From contig NC_043008.1 of the NCBI RefSeq assembly GCF_006345805.1, positions 69,626,001 to 69,690,000 of the forward strand: a stretch of DNA of 64,000 nucleotides. The letters are read 5' to 3'. The stretch is from Octopus sinensis (Eukaryota). Position numbers and translations under genes: made by a program. Within the stretch, counting starts at the first letter, position 1. The number at the start of each line of letters is the position of its first letter. The notes under the pieces were generated by a model. That model was not told the origin of the DNA. It was given only the letters and a program-made list of their open reading frames with translations, and did not search any database. Of the stretch, positions 27,085 through 41,611 are shown one piece after another.

Positions 27085-29129
27085 ATAATAATAATAATAA
27101 TAATAACCCTACTAGTTGTAGTGGTGGTGGTGGTGGTGGTCATGGTGTTTGCGTTGATGATAATGATGATGTTCCTTTGGCACAAGGCCACAAGCCATTA
27201 AACTCCAAGCCAGCCAATGCAGGGAAAGAAGTCACGTTATGTTCCATCGTATTATCTGTCCCCTACCTCCATTACAGAGCTGTGTTGTGTTGTATTCTAC
27301 AAGTCGTTAACTAATCTACAGGCTCCAGTAACACAGGGATTCTTTAAATAACATGATCAGCAAACCGAACGAGAGGGTCATACGATCTAATTGTTAATTA
27401 GGCGCCGTGCGGTTTCAGATTGTTTAGATAACAGTATTCACATCTGTTATTTTCGTTAGAATCATTTCCTGTTCGCCGTAACAGCAGTAGCAGCATTTAC
27501 TGTGGCAGCGTGTTGCGAATAGCGAATGTCCTGCTTTGCTAAACAAACTCTTCGCATCGAATCGACATCCATGACCTGCAACCCATGACCTGCAACCCGT
27601 GACCTGTGACCCGTGACACATGACTTGTATCTCGTGATAAAAACTTCGTTCGTCAGCTGCTTTACCGCATCATTCCTGTTCATAGCAACACTGAGAAACT
27701 GATGAAAGCCACACATTTCTTGCTTTTTTATATTTATTCTTTTCGTTGTTTTTTTTTTTACGTTGTTAACCCAAGGACGGACCTGATCGAGCAGACCTAT
27801 GATGAAGACGCTCCAGCAGTAACCATCCTGTCTTTTTGTTTATCTGTAACTACTATAAGCCATGCTATAAAAAGGAGGTGAGTTTGTATTTGAGAGAGTT
27901 CTGCTTCCTAGTTTTGATATATCGAACGTCTTCATATAGGCACTGGTCGATAATGTTTACAACACTGGAGCCGCTTCTATTTTATATTTGAATTTATACT
28001 TACGTATCCATTGTCCGGACATACTAACACATAGTTTTCACACTATATGAATTAAAGCCGTGGATTGTTGGTTCTATTCGCCTCCGATTCGGTTCGGGAA
28101 CGTGATGTTAATAAGCCACAGAAATGGCGAAACATCACTCCTGAATGCGATTTGGGGTGAGTTGTCTCGCCTGTCCATAACTTCCACGCGTTTTAACAAC
28201 CGGCGCTTTGAGAGAGTAATCTCCACCGAGCCAAATCACAGCCTACTGGCAAATACACAGTCCATGTTGGTTAAGTGTGTACGGTCGATAATGCTAGTGT
28301 TGAGAGTTTGATTGCTAGTTATGGCTATTTCACTTAAATGAGATAATTTCAGTGGGAAAGGCATGAACATTATAATAACTTAACCTTCTATCTTACCGAA
28401 ATGCACACAATTGTTCATCCGTTGAAGGATGTCTCTGATCATGGGTGCCCGAGCAATTAACTCACTGCCGTAGTTGAAACCGTAACAAAGCTCTTGACAA
28501 AAATGTGTCCCAGATTCGTTTTTCATTCGTAGCTAGTTCACTTAATACCTTGATTATGTTTAGTGAAAAGTCATAAGTCTTACAAACTCTAATTCTCAGG
28601 TATCAAACCAATAACTCATTTATATGCTCAACACATTAGGAAAAATGACCACAATTCAAGTAAGTGAATAATTAATAATTAATGATTTAATGATCATCTT
28701 TTCCTTCGTTAGGTGCGTCTAGAAAAGTGTGAATCGAAACAATAGTAAATCGGGCGTGTTGCAAACATACAAATTGCTGAAAGGGAGATGATGTTCTCTG
28801 ATGACGAAAGACAACAGTGATCAAATATTCACGTTCAAATCTGCTAGAACGTTATAAGAATAAATAGATTTCGCAAAACTGTTTGCATTTTTCCTTTTAG
28901 CTTGGATATAGAAGTAATTATTATTGCTTAATGTAACCATAGTGTGGAAAGAGGAATAAAATTGAAGTTTATGAATCCTGAATAAATTCATATACTTATC
29001 TAATAACCGAGTATCATAGAGTTTAAGTACAGGGTTTTGTAACTCAACGAGGCAAAGCGTATGTCAGCATATAGTCACGTAACCCTACACGCTAAGTTAG
29101 ACTCCACTCGATGTAGAAATCATTATATT

Positions 29130-29310
29130 AGAGACAGCACGTCGGACAGAATGTTTAGCGCCATTTCTTCCGGCTTTACGATCTGACTTCAACCTCTTCC
29201 GAATCGGCTTTGCCTTTCATCCATTTGGGGTCAGTGAAATAAATACCAGTCGATATAAGCGACTAACCTCTCCTCGCAAAAGTTCAGGTGTTGGTGCCTA
29301 TAGCAGAAAG
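29130..29310 (+). mobile_element. SINE family A, diverged
   Basis: GGCTTTGCCTTTCATCCATTTGGGGTC..AAATAAATACCAG. Confidence 0.7.
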
Positions 29311-29805
29311 GTTTATACTAAGGACAGCAGAATCAGTGAAGTGACAGACTATTGAGATAGTTTTACCGTTTTTACATTGCGTGTTCAAATCACGGTGGAG
29401 GTTGATTTTGCTTGTGGCTGACGGTGAGGAGGGGGGCGAAGAAGAACTAAACGTGGCAAAATGAGACAGAAATATTAAGACAAAGACAGGACAAGGAAAA
29501 GCAGAGAGAATAGAAACGCGGACAAAGCAATAAATGAGAAACATCTGCTATGGAGTGTTGGTGAGCGAGGTACTACCATATGTGATTACAAATCTAAATT
29601 TTTCTTTACAGCTGATTGTCTAATTGGTTATATAAGTGAAGACAATGTTTAACGCCAGTATTGTTGTTATTCGTAACCACGTAGCGATGTCTATTTTATA
29701 GAATATTAAATATCTATAGATATGTAATTACTGAACGTGGTATGCTTCAGACTGCAAACCATTGTACCAATGAAATAAAACAACGCTATAAGAAATTTAT
29801 TACCA

Positions 29806-29854
<49 letters not shown>

Positions 29855-30016
29855 TATTATTATTATTATTATCATCGTTATCATAACTAGTGGTGTTTTG
29901 TACTTGTTGTTGTTGTTGCAACAGTCTCGAGTATAATTGTTTTCATAACTTTGTATGTGTTTCCTTCGCACTCTAATATACATACATACATACATATATT
30001 ATATATAATATATATA

Positions 30017-30076
<60 letters not shown>

Positions 30077-30596
30077 TGTGTATGTTTGTATATGTATGTA
30101 TATATACATACATATACGTATGTATTTATATATATGTAGCCACACACATCTATATATAATGATTCGTAGTCGTCTTCGTGAGACAAAGTAGTAATGTTAA
30201 ATGTTGCATTCATAATAATTATTGATTTCCCCAACAATAGAAAAACAATAATACATATCTATATACATGCATACTTTACATAAATATATATATATATATA
30301 AATATATATCTAATTGTATAGTTTTATACGTATATAAATATGTGTATGTAACTACTCATATACATAAGTACATATATGATTAGTGTGACGGTGTGCCTCT
30401 GTGTGCGTGTGTGTGTTGTGTGTGTGTGTGTATGTGATTATTCTTTCATAAAATATAATCAAACTCAATCACATTTGTTATAAAAGAACAATTGTTAAAG
30501 CAATTTATTCATATCTAAGAGAGAAGAGTCTTGTCAGCATTTGAGATATCAGCAGGTACCAAAGTCGAAATACGCGCGTACATACAAACACACACA

Positions 30597-30653
<57 letters not shown>

Positions 30654-30690
30654 GTAAGTACGTATTTACATATGTGCATCCACACACATC

Positions 30691-31056
30691 TATAGGTGCA
30701 GGAGTGGCTGCGTGGTAAGTAGCTTGCTCACCAACCACATGGTTCCAAGTTCAGTCCGACTGCTTGGCACCTTGGGCAGGTATCTTCTACTATAGCCTCG
30801 GGCCGACCAAAGCATTGTTAGTGGATTTGGTAGACGGAAACTGAAAGAAGCCCGTCGTATATATATATACATATATGTTTGCGTTTCTGTGTTTCCCCAA
30901 CCATCACTTGTCAACCGATGTTGGTGTGTTTACGTCCCCATAAACTAGCGGTTCGGCAAAAGAGACCGATAGAATAACAAGTCCTGTGGTCGATTTCTTC
31001 GACTAAATACGGTGCTCCAGCCTGGCCGCAGTCAAATAACTGAAACAAATAAAAGG
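30691..31056 (+). mobile_element. SINE family B, full length
   Basis: TATAGGTGCAGGAGTGGCTGCGTGGTAAGTAGC ... ACTGAAACAAATAAAAG. Confidence 0.9.
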
Positions 31057-31458
31057 ATATATATATATATGTTAATTCACTTGGTGTATACATAGAAATA
31101 TTTATATCTACATTATATGTACACACACACATATATATATAGATATGTACATACACACATACATATTTACATGTATGTATGTGTGAATGTGCGTGAACGT
31201 TAGCAGCAATAGAGTGCTGCATATTCTGGTTTCCGGTACATCTTATCAAATGAGTTTAGAAAGTTCCACGTTGTACGAGAACACTACTTTGACGCGGGGT
31301 TAACACCTCCTTCTCCCTATCTATCAATGATACTTATTTACGGTCCAGTGGATTTAAGTAATGGGAAATTAATTGCCTTGCACAAGTAAACAATGAATTG
31401 TCTGGTCCGAGAACTGAACCCACGTCTTACATTGTGGAACCCAGTACCTAAACCACTA

Positions 31459-31552
<94 letters not shown>

Positions 31553-32637
31553 CCTACCTACCTACCTATATATATATATATATATATATAGGTAGATAGA
31601 TAGATAGGTAGAAAGGTAGATAGATAAATAGATAGAGAGATGGAGAGAGAGAGAGAATGGAAAACAACAATAAGATACGATACGTTTGCAATGAAAGCTA
31701 TAAGTTTGACGCTCAAAGAAATACAGAGTAAATTATGACGTTTCAGATATTTGTACTTCTTCACAATATCGTGTATGACATTTGATCTTGTTTAGACTCG
31801 AACTTACAATACACTGGGCCAGAAGCCAAAGAACTTACTATCGTGGCTATCTTGAGGCGACGTTTATATTTTGCTATTAATTTCGACAGGAAGCTTTCGT
31901 CTTTATGTCTTAAAATATAAAACTAAAATTAAAGCTCACACATAGCACTGGTAAACTCTGTAAAATAAAACAGTAACGTCAACAGTAAGAAGAAAAATTG
32001 CGTCAACAACAGCTAGCTACAATAACAACGACAACAATAACAACAACACTAGACACTACAGCAAGAATAGCTACAACAAGAATAAACGATATTAAAGTGT
32101 AAATACACGAAAATAAGACATACACAAAATGTCCACTTCATCTTCTGCTAATGCGAACATTTCCTTCATTCCATGAGACAGATCGATCTAGAAATCTTTT
32201 AATATTTTCCATTATAAATTTTATGTAAGAAACGGGACAAAGACTGTTTGCAAAGATATGGCAGTGCTACCAATGAATTACTAAGTTCATGTCCAAGATT
32301 GGTTCTTCAAATGACGCAATTTAGATCAAGTGCTGATTTATTTTGCTTTCAAATTCGGAAATTTAAAAGCATTAAAATTTACTAAACCGTATCGCAATGA
32401 ATTTGCGGGTGGTTTATTTTTTTTTTACTATGTATTTATTATATTTTATTACAAGCATGTTTTACTATCTGTTGCTTATGTTTTCTGGTTTTGCTTTTGT
32501 TTCTGTAAACCATTTGGGGGTGTTTTGTTGATTTGTTTTACGTTTTGATTATTTCCTTATATGTTTTTGCCTTATATTTATTCTTTGTAAACTTACGAGA
32601 ATATTAAGTCGGTCTCTGTTGTTTGTGGCTGTATATA

Positions 32638-32714
<77 letters not shown>

Positions 32715-33355
32715 CTCACGCATATGCTACCGATACGTGAACATATAAAGACAGACACACATACAAGCGCGTACAGTTATATACTAACATATAAATATTT
32801 GTGTGTATGTATCTGTGTGGAAACTAAGTCAAATATATGCTATTCTAGGTAAATATTTTCTCCCATATATCGAAACACACATACAAATATGCGTATGTGA
32901 GTGTGTGTATGTATATATATATATATATACACATACATACACTTGCACATTCCACTATGTACACCTTATACACACTCGCATACATTCAGACATGAATACA
33001 TGTTCGCAATACTGATATACCTTTGTATCATTCATATTTTGTATAAATAATTGTAGTCATACCAACATAGAACATACAAACATACACACGTATTCATAAA
33101 GACTTAAATATAATTAAATACATGACGCTACGACTTTCTATAGAGGAATTTTATTGATATTTTGTCAACACTGTGTGTATAGACAGATGCATACAGTGTT
33201 TGCTTTATTCCACATCTTCGTGAACAGAAAAATAGATATCAACCGTGCCAGTTTCAATCCTTCCATTCGGATCTCATCAGTTATCGAGTATCCTTTTTAA
33301 CAGTTTAAACATTGTCTGTCTACGTATATAATAATCATAGCAACAGTTATATATA

Positions 33356-33775
33356 TACGAGGGGAAGTCAAAAATTATCCGCACTTTCACCATAAAATGT
33401 CTTTATTTTTGTAACACTGACTTCTGCTTATGCGTGCTTGTAGTTGGAACTATTCTGGTCACGTGATTGAAGTTTGAGTCCCATCGCACCATTTTACTTT
33501 CTGGCTTTACAGTGTAAGCATGGCTGCTCCACTAGCAATGCGCACCAAAGAAGAACAAAGAATAGTGATCCGATTTCTCTAGTCGGAAGTTGTGTCAGGT
33601 GCTGAAATTCATTAACACATTGCAGAGACAGTGTACTACAGAGTAGAAGTGTGTATGAGTGAATCAAGAAGTTTAAAAGTGGCTGGACAAACGTGATGCA
33701 CGGAGAGGGAGCAGGGTGCCCGTCAACTTCCACCACTGACAAGAAGATCCAGCAACTCGAGAGATGTTAATGCTT
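33356..33775 (+). mobile_element. Mariner 5' fragment (TIR plus N-terminal transposase pseudogene)
   Basis: TA-CGAGGGGAAGTCAAAAATTATCCGCAC TIR; MAAPLAMRTKEEQRIVIRFL*SEVVSGAEIH, SVYE*IKKFKSG, GAGCPSTSTTD. Confidence 0.85.
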
Positions 33776-34645
33776 AACCGGTTCACTATTACCATCTCTC
33801 GGATCCCTGCTCTTAGTTCTTCTTTTTACCCTTTGGCAAGGAAGAGAGGGTAGTCTTCTTTTACCTCGTGGTTATGAATGGCATGATGTACAAAACTGAA
33901 AACTTCGAGAGTAGAGATTTAAAAAAATTTCTCTTGTCTTTCAGACTGATCTGTTATTAGCTCCTTCAAGTACTTCTTATAGGGGGAAAGGAGTAGTGCG
34001 GGTGGTACTGTCCACGAATAAATGTTTTAAAAGGTAAGTGCGGGAGGAAAAATAAACCAGTTAATTTTCGATTGTATGTAGGCGGTAAGAAACAGAAGGT
34101 CATTGGTTTTGGTCAGTGAGTGAGGAGTCTCGGATCAACGTATGTCAATACGCCTCCAATTTGAAGAACTGTTTGGTGCGCTATTGTTTTTTATTTTTAT
34201 TCTATTATAACTTTTTAGTTATTTATTCAGAAATCTGTTTTTCTTTTTATTGCTGATTTCATTTAATCACTCAATGTAAATGAATGAAATCTCGTTTGCT
34301 TCACTTATTTACTTGAATTGATAGAGTTGGCAGACTATTGGATAGAAAATCTCGGTGAATTCCTTTGAATTATGTGCGGTTTGTGTCCAGTAGTGTCGAA
34401 ACCACCAATTTTGACTTTCATCTTCGCAGAGTCTTTTCCCCAAGTAGTTTTCCGTCGGAATTTTAAAAAGTATTAAATTTGTTATCTAACAATATCTAAT
34501 TCTGATCCGTGTATTCTGAGTTCCCATTCTACTCCATCACCGAAATCTAGTAACAGTTTGATCAAGAGTTGTGGCCGTCAGATAGAATCAACAACTTCAA
34601 GAAAACAACGAATAGTAGAAAAGACTATTATTATTATTATTATTA

Positions 34646-34684
<39 letters not shown>

Positions 34685-34755
34685 TCTTCTTCTTCTTCTT
34701 CTTCTTCTTCTTCTCTTCTTCTTCTTTCTTCTTCTTCTTCTTATTATTATTATTA

Positions 34756-34789
<34 letters not shown>

Positions 34790-35201
34790 GTCTTTGCACT
34801 CCTTCTAACGCTGGAGATGAGCTGCGGTGTCAGCTGTTCACTACCAGTGAACTAAGGTAACACCTCTTATTTTTCGAGCACCTTCCGGAGAATTCGAGCG
34901 GTTCCAAGCAGTGCTGTTTTCTGCAAGTGCTCCACTCTTATTGCAACCCATATTTGTTCTACGTACTTCTAGAGATTTTTGCTCACTGTTCCCAGGCCCC
35001 GATAATTATTGGTACTGCCACTACCCGTTTCATGGACCACAACTGCTTGACTACCCAAGCTAACCTCTCATATCTCTCAACTTTTCTTTCTTCCTTATCG
35101 CGTACCTTGTTGTCAGCTGGGCATGCTATTTTTGTGATCCTGGATAATTTGTTTTCTTTCTCAATTAAGACCATGTCTGGCTTCCTGGTCTCTATCACAT
35201 G

Positions 35202-35202
<1 letters not shown>
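34790..35202 (-). mobile_element. 5'-truncated R4/Dong-like non-LTR element inserted in (TAA)n
   Basis: ORF 34983-35198 IETRKPDMVLIEKENK...IACPADNKV...VPIIIGA continues after a frameshift to HLQKTALLGTARILRKVLEK*, then a short 3' UTR. (TAA)n on both sides. Confidence 0.85.
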
Positions 35203-35284
<82 letters not shown>

Positions 35285-35298
35285 TTATTATTATCAAG

Positions 35299-35426
35299 TA
35301 GGTGAGCTGGCAGAATCGTTAGCACTCATTTCGTCCGTCAGTACGTTCTGAGTTCAAATTCCGCCGAAATCGACTTTATCTCTCATCTTTTCAAGGTGCT
35401 TTTAGTAGAAATTATTATTATTATTA

Positions 35427-35474
<48 letters not shown>

Positions 35475-35760
35475 TGCTACTACTATTTCATCCTTCGGTG
35501 TTGATAAACTAAAGTACTAGTTAAGTCGACGTGATCGAGTAATTTCCTCGTTCTAGAATTGCCGATCTTATGACAAGGCTGACAGAATGGTTAGAGCAAT
35601 GGAGAAAGAAAAAAAAAATGCTTCACCGGATTTGTTCCGACTCATCACATTCTGATCTCACCAAGCTCAACTTTGCCCTCAATAAGAGCAACAGTCGATC
35701 GTATCGACTAAGCTTTTCACTCTAAATTGCAGTCTTTATACCTAAATCAGAAACCGGTAT
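35299..35760 (+). mobile_element. Three partial SINE family A copies interleaved with (ATT)n
   Basis: GGTGAGCTGGCAGAATCGTTAGCAC head at 35301; core fragments at 35485 and 35640. Confidence 0.65.
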
Positions 35761-36279
35761 TGTTAATTTTTTTTACTGCCGCTACCACCACCACCACCAC
35801 TACTCTACTACTACTACTAAAACTATTTCTGCCATTTTGGAGTGTGTTTCACTTAAAGGGTTTTGACAACATAAGTAACAAGAAAGCAGTTTTAGAACTG
35901 CAATAATTTCACTAGAAGCTTCTGTGTTTCTGGCCGAGTGTTTAGATGTATGTGTGTGTCTACGTGAGTGTGTGTGGGGTCTGTGTGTGTGCTTATAGAT
36001 ATGTATGTGTATGTTGTATGTTGTTGTTGTCAAATTTCTTCTCGATTTATTTATTTATTTTCCAGTTTCCTCTCTTGACTCAATGTTTCACCAAGCGGTA
36101 AATTTGTTTCGTAATACATCAACTGTTTGTTTGACAGATAGTATGTATGTTCATATGTGTATTTATATATGTATATATATATGTGCGTGTGTGTGCATGT
36201 GTGTGTGTAAATATGTATATATATGTAAATATGTATGTAAACATATATATTTATATATATATTTATATATATATACGTA

Positions 36280-36324
<45 letters not shown>

Positions 36325-36325
36325 C

Positions 36326-36357
<32 letters not shown>

Positions 36358-38254
36358 TGAATGTATGTATGTATGTATGTATGTATGTATGTATGTATGT
36401 ATGTATGTATGTATGTATGTATAGGCATATATATAACAAACCATACACGTATGCATACGTGGGTATATGTATATGTGTACGGGTATGGTAGTAAATGGAT
36501 AGATGTCAACGTGTGCCTGATTATATGTATGGACGTGTTTGTGTATAATTTTTTTTTAAATTTTCACTTTATGCCAGAGTGTTTTACTGTATGATTATAT
36601 TTCGTGTGTTTTTATACATCTAGTACCATCTTTAACTAAGTGCGAAGCTGAATACGAAAATTCGGCGTCAGAAACTAGTTTATAACTCAGTAGCAGTCTG
36701 CTTTCTTCTCTATTGATTTAATCAAATAAATTATTTTACTAATTGTCAGCCGTCAATATCAATATGGTACCGAGACTCTTATTGGATGGCTATCAAGGCA
36801 GTGTTCTTGCCTGTTTCTTTCCAAAATTGTTTATTTATTTATTCCAAGCGGTTGCGTAATGACCCGGATGGATGGGATAGACATCGTGAACAATTTGCCT
36901 TTTAAATATCAGGTCAATTGTATCCTTCTAAGATGGTAGGATGGAATATCTAATCAGTCTGCTGACTACGTAGACGTGTTTGCGATGGCAGCCATCTTGT
37001 AACGTAGCCCCAAGCTAGGTCTATAACTTTTGTTTTGGAACAAAGTACTTCAGAGTACATTTTACAACATATCTTCTTTCAGGACGATAGGGTTTGATTT
37101 GAGGTCTGTTTGATTGCTCTTTCTACCAGGTGTAATAATGAGGAGCCCTCATTTACTCATAGCGTTCTCAGTTTCCGCGAAGACTGACAGCATAATAAAG
37201 AAATTGAGGAAATGACAACGAAAGAATATAACAAAAATATTTTAAACATTGTGGCTAAATTTTAAGGGATAATTCCCAAGTCGATATTCAATAAAAAGGA
37301 ACATTATACGAATTAATGGATATTGGTTCTATAGTCAACATTAAAGACCCCACTTTTGCCAAAGTTGTATGTACTTGTACAACTACAATGATAAACAACG
37401 ATTTCTCCGAAGACAGGGCCAGTGGCACGGGAACGTAATTTGTGTTGGTGGTGCAACTCTGGTCCAATATATAAACAAACACAGGTATAGTACTATTTTC
37501 TATTATTATACATGGAAAAATAAAGTTTCAAAACCGTCCAAAAATTTTTCTATACTCGCTCGTTTTGGCAATGAAGTTTTCCAAAGTGTTTCTATTGCAT
37601 AAGTTTATGCACATGCATTACAGCAAAGTGTATCAGACGATGTTGCGTCATCGTGGTACGGAAACAGCAAAGTGTTTGAACATTATCTTGCTTGCAATAT
37701 GATGACATTCTCATCACAAAGTCTTGTCCATGGCGCTTTCAGAAGAATGGTGATTTGGTGAACAAATTTCAATGCATCAGTGACCATGGCAACCGTAGAT
37801 CCAATTTCGTGCGTACAAGGTCCAGAGAGTGGTTTCTACAGTGTAAAAAAATATGTACAGAGAGACATGTCTTTTAATCTCTTTTGTATGCCTGAAATGG
37901 TTCTGTTCATGGTAGATGCACCATCAAAGGCAAAAACAGCATAATTTTAAGCTCAGCTCAATGCTGAGACAACAAAATGCATCTAGAATAACTTTAGTGC
38001 TTCGTAAGTATAGTCAGGAGGAGTATAGAAGCTGAGAAAGCTTTCGTGGATATCCTGGTTTATAGAACCATAACGACAATAATTGATTCTTGTTCTATGT
38101 CAGAGCTATCACATATAATATCAATAAACGTGGAATCTTCAACCATTTCCTTATCTCATGTAAAGTGTTATGGTCGTCTGCCTTTAACATTTCAGTCGTA
38201 GGACTGCAGCTATGCTGGAGCGCCACTTTAATTTATTTTCTATAAGTTTTGTTT

Positions 38255-39350
38255 TCACTTTATGCCTGGAAGTTGGTCTGTGATTGAATTGGTAGCAGCT
38301 GATCTCTCATGAGTGCATCCTGGAATGGTTAACTGGTCCGATATTACTGATAGGTGTTCATCCAATGTGTTTTTTTAATGTTTCAGTTGAGGTTCCTTTT
38401 ATATTTATGATTAACTAGCAGTATCGCCCGGCGTTGCTCGGGTTTGTAAGTGAAATAACTATATAAGCATTTTTAGAGAGTTATAGCCAAAAAAATAGCA
38501 AAAAAATGCATTAAAAATGGAAAAAAAAATATGGTAATTTTTTTTTAAATCGTTGACTCATCGTAAAAATTTTTAGAGAGTTACTTCCCTTATATGATAG
38601 CGAAAAAATGCATTAAAATGGAAAAAAAATGATGGTAAATTTTTTTAAAACCGTAGACTCATCGTAGACGCGCGCTAATACCCAGAAGGGCTCGATATGA
38701 ATCACCACTATAAAATACCCGCTTTTGGTTAAACTGCAAAGCAAAATGTGGGAGTAGTTAGGAATCTAAATCGGAGTAGACAGACACACAACTTCACTTT
38801 TATATATAAAGATTTAGACTCGCAGTTAAACAGTTGAGGTCCTCTTAATATCAGACCGGCACAATGAAGTGCTTGTGCTCGTGATTTCGGAGGTATTATA
38901 TTTGGAAGCTGACAGTATCTAATAGTTCATGCATTAAAATTCTCTCTAATACTGAAGTTTGGAATAGGATTTTTCGTTCGTATGTGATAGGATATCTTTA
39001 TATTCAGCATTCAAGATAGTAGAGACACAATGCTTTCAAATATTCCCAGTAGTTAAGGCTTTTAACCAAAGGTATTTTATTCGTAAACGTTCTTTGTAAC
39101 CCTTAAATTTCTTCTATGAGACTGGATGAGTTCGGAGACGAAAGCTGTAGCAGTAATCAAACCTACTCAGCACTCAAGATTTCTATAGTGTCAGCGTAAC
39201 TATTGATTGTCTTGTCACTGTGTTGCTTAATAGATCATCAATTGCATATAATATTGAAAAATGATTTCCAATGCCGTTCTTGTCGTTCCTTTGATTAGTT
39301 GTGGTAGGGTAGTAGCAATAGAACCTGATGACAATGATGATGATGGGCAT
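38255..39350 (-). mobile_element. Degraded CR1/L2-group LINE ORF2 C-terminus, interrupted by a Helitron
   Basis: Minus-strand motifs KS*VLSRFDYC, TFTNKIPLVKSLNYWEYLKALCLYYLE, GPQLFN, TLDEHLSVISDQLTIPG..RSAATNSITDQ. Confidence 0.78.
38415..38812 (-). mobile_element. Non-autonomous Helitron (398 bp)
   Basis: Minus strand: A|TCTTTATATATAAAAG ... CCCGAGCAACGCCGGG hairpin ... CTAG|T. This gives 5' TC, 3' CTAG, a subterminal hairpin, an AT target and no TSD. Internal ~100-bp duplication. Confidence 0.9.
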
Positions 39351-39845
39351 TCCGAGGAAATGAGGAAGCGGATACCTGAGCTGTTAAAGGCTCTTGATCG
39401 TGGAATAATTTAATGGTTCATTAATTGTGCTTGCATTGAGGAGTGTTGTTGTTATATATATATATTATTATATATACACATAATTTTAATTTTAATGTGG
39501 AGAATGTTTTAGTTCAGAAATGTATCTCTCTAGGGATTTTGTGGGTGGTGGGTTCTTTTTATCTATTTTAGTTCTTGATTTTTTGAAGAAACCTAACTTC
39601 AAGCAACATTTTACTGTAAACTTTTTAAAAACTATTTTCTAAACCTCAGAAAGGTAAGTCGTGAGGTGTAATATTGAATTTTGCACCACAACAAAATTTT
39701 AGGTGATGAAAGTGTTCCCCTTGCATCCCTTGTTCCTAGGCTCTTAGACAAAAGCCTAATGTGTCTGAAGATGGACATACGCACGTTTCACAAAATAGCA
39801 TACTAAAGAAGTAAAACTATGAGACGGAAATAAGAATGGTAAGTA

Positions 39846-39883
<38 letters not shown>

Positions 39884-39915
39884 CTATCTATCTATTATTA
39901 TCTACCTATCTAGTC

Positions 39916-39963
<48 letters not shown>

Positions 39964-40000
39964 GCTTACACACACATATGCACACACAAAATATACGCAC

Positions 40001-40032
<32 letters not shown>

Positions 40033-40457
40033 CATGTATATATATACACACACACATATATATATATATATTCATGCACACACACAAGCATTTACAGACA
40101 GACAGACAGATACATGTATTTGATACAGCAGTGCACTCGATGGCATTTGTCTTGTATAGAAATAACTATTTTTCTGTGTTAACAACTGAAGAAAAATAGA
40201 TGAAGAGAGATATTTCGTTTCGGAATATGCTGTCTATGGGTGTATGGATGTCAGATGGAACACAGAAAGAACACAAGAAAGAGATGGCACAACAAGTGAA
40301 CTGCATCACTCGCAAACACTTTATTTATTTCTACATTTATCTCTATATCTCTGTTTATTTAGCACCCTTTGATTAATTCAGAGTGCGTGCGCGTGAGTAT
40401 AATCTTTTTTAAGTATGTGTTTGTTACTTTACTTGTCATATTTATATTCTGCTATGT

Positions 40458-40504
<47 letters not shown>

Positions 40505-40754
40505 TAAAAATAATAATAATAATGATAAAAATAATAATAATGGTGGTGGTGGTGCGTCTTATTTATTTCGATGGAGATAAAGCTGATATATAATTCAGCA
40601 TCGTAATAAAGAAAGTGGGGATAAAGAGATTCTCCGCGATGTGTTGATGTAAACACGCATAATCACGCACGCACACATACACGCAGACACACACACACGC
40701 ACGCACTCATGCACACACACAACGCACGTACGTTCGTACACACATATGTATGTG

Positions 40755-40799
<45 letters not shown>

Positions 40800-40923
40800 A
40801 TGAACACAGATACATATACGTATAGGAACGTATAATACATAAAAATTATGCATAAGAATATGCATAATATATATATATAATAGATATATATGTGTATATA
40901 TCTATATATGCTATCTATCTAAT

Positions 40924-40955
<32 letters not shown>

Positions 40956-41094
40956 ATAATATATATATAATAATATTTTTATATAATAGATATATAATTT
41001 CAACAATGAGGGTAAAATTAATTAATTATTAATCAATTTCACCAAGTATTCAGTATGCAAGGGACCATTAAGGCGATTCAAATTATTTACGTTA

Positions 41095-41321
41095 TATAAA
41101 AGGGCTTAGTAAAATAAATTACTTTGCCGCATACTGAACTCATTAGAAATAGTAGCTAAAAAAAACTTTTTAAAACTATTTCTAATACTTAAAGAAAACC
41201 TCTCTCATATAGTGTTGCCAATTCAACTCACGAAAGTGAAATAGTATTAAAAAAGTTTTTTGCTACTAGTCTAATGAGTTCAGTATGCGCAAAGTAATTT
41301 ATTTTACTAAGCCCTTTTATA
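41095..41321. mobile_element. MITE-like fold-back element, ~87-bp inverted arms
   Basis: TATAAAAGGGCTTAGTAAAATAAATTACTTTG...AACTATTTC (41095-41182) mirrors 41238-41321. Confidence 0.75.
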
Positions 41322-41341
41322 GTAATATTATATATTATCTA

Positions 41342-41398
<57 letters not shown>

Positions 41399-41542
41399 GT
41401 CGATATATATTATATATATATATTATATAATATGTGTGATATATATATATATAGATATATGATATTTTTTTTTTTTATAGATATAATATGCTTTCATATG
41501 TATAGATAGAGTTATCATATCGGACTACAGAATATATATATA

Positions 41543-41611
<69 letters not shown>

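Noticed and set aside
28000-28850. Possible DNA-transposon remnants
   Set aside because: Repeat-like, but no TIRs or motifs I can assign.
30691-30790. tRNA genes in SINE heads (also 43330-43480)
   Set aside because: A/B-box similarity only. No complete cloverleaf, and each continues into a SINE body or degenerate sequence.
37683-37835. Minus-strand 50-codon open stretch after a good acceptor
   Set aside because: No homology recognised and no donor. Compatible with chance.
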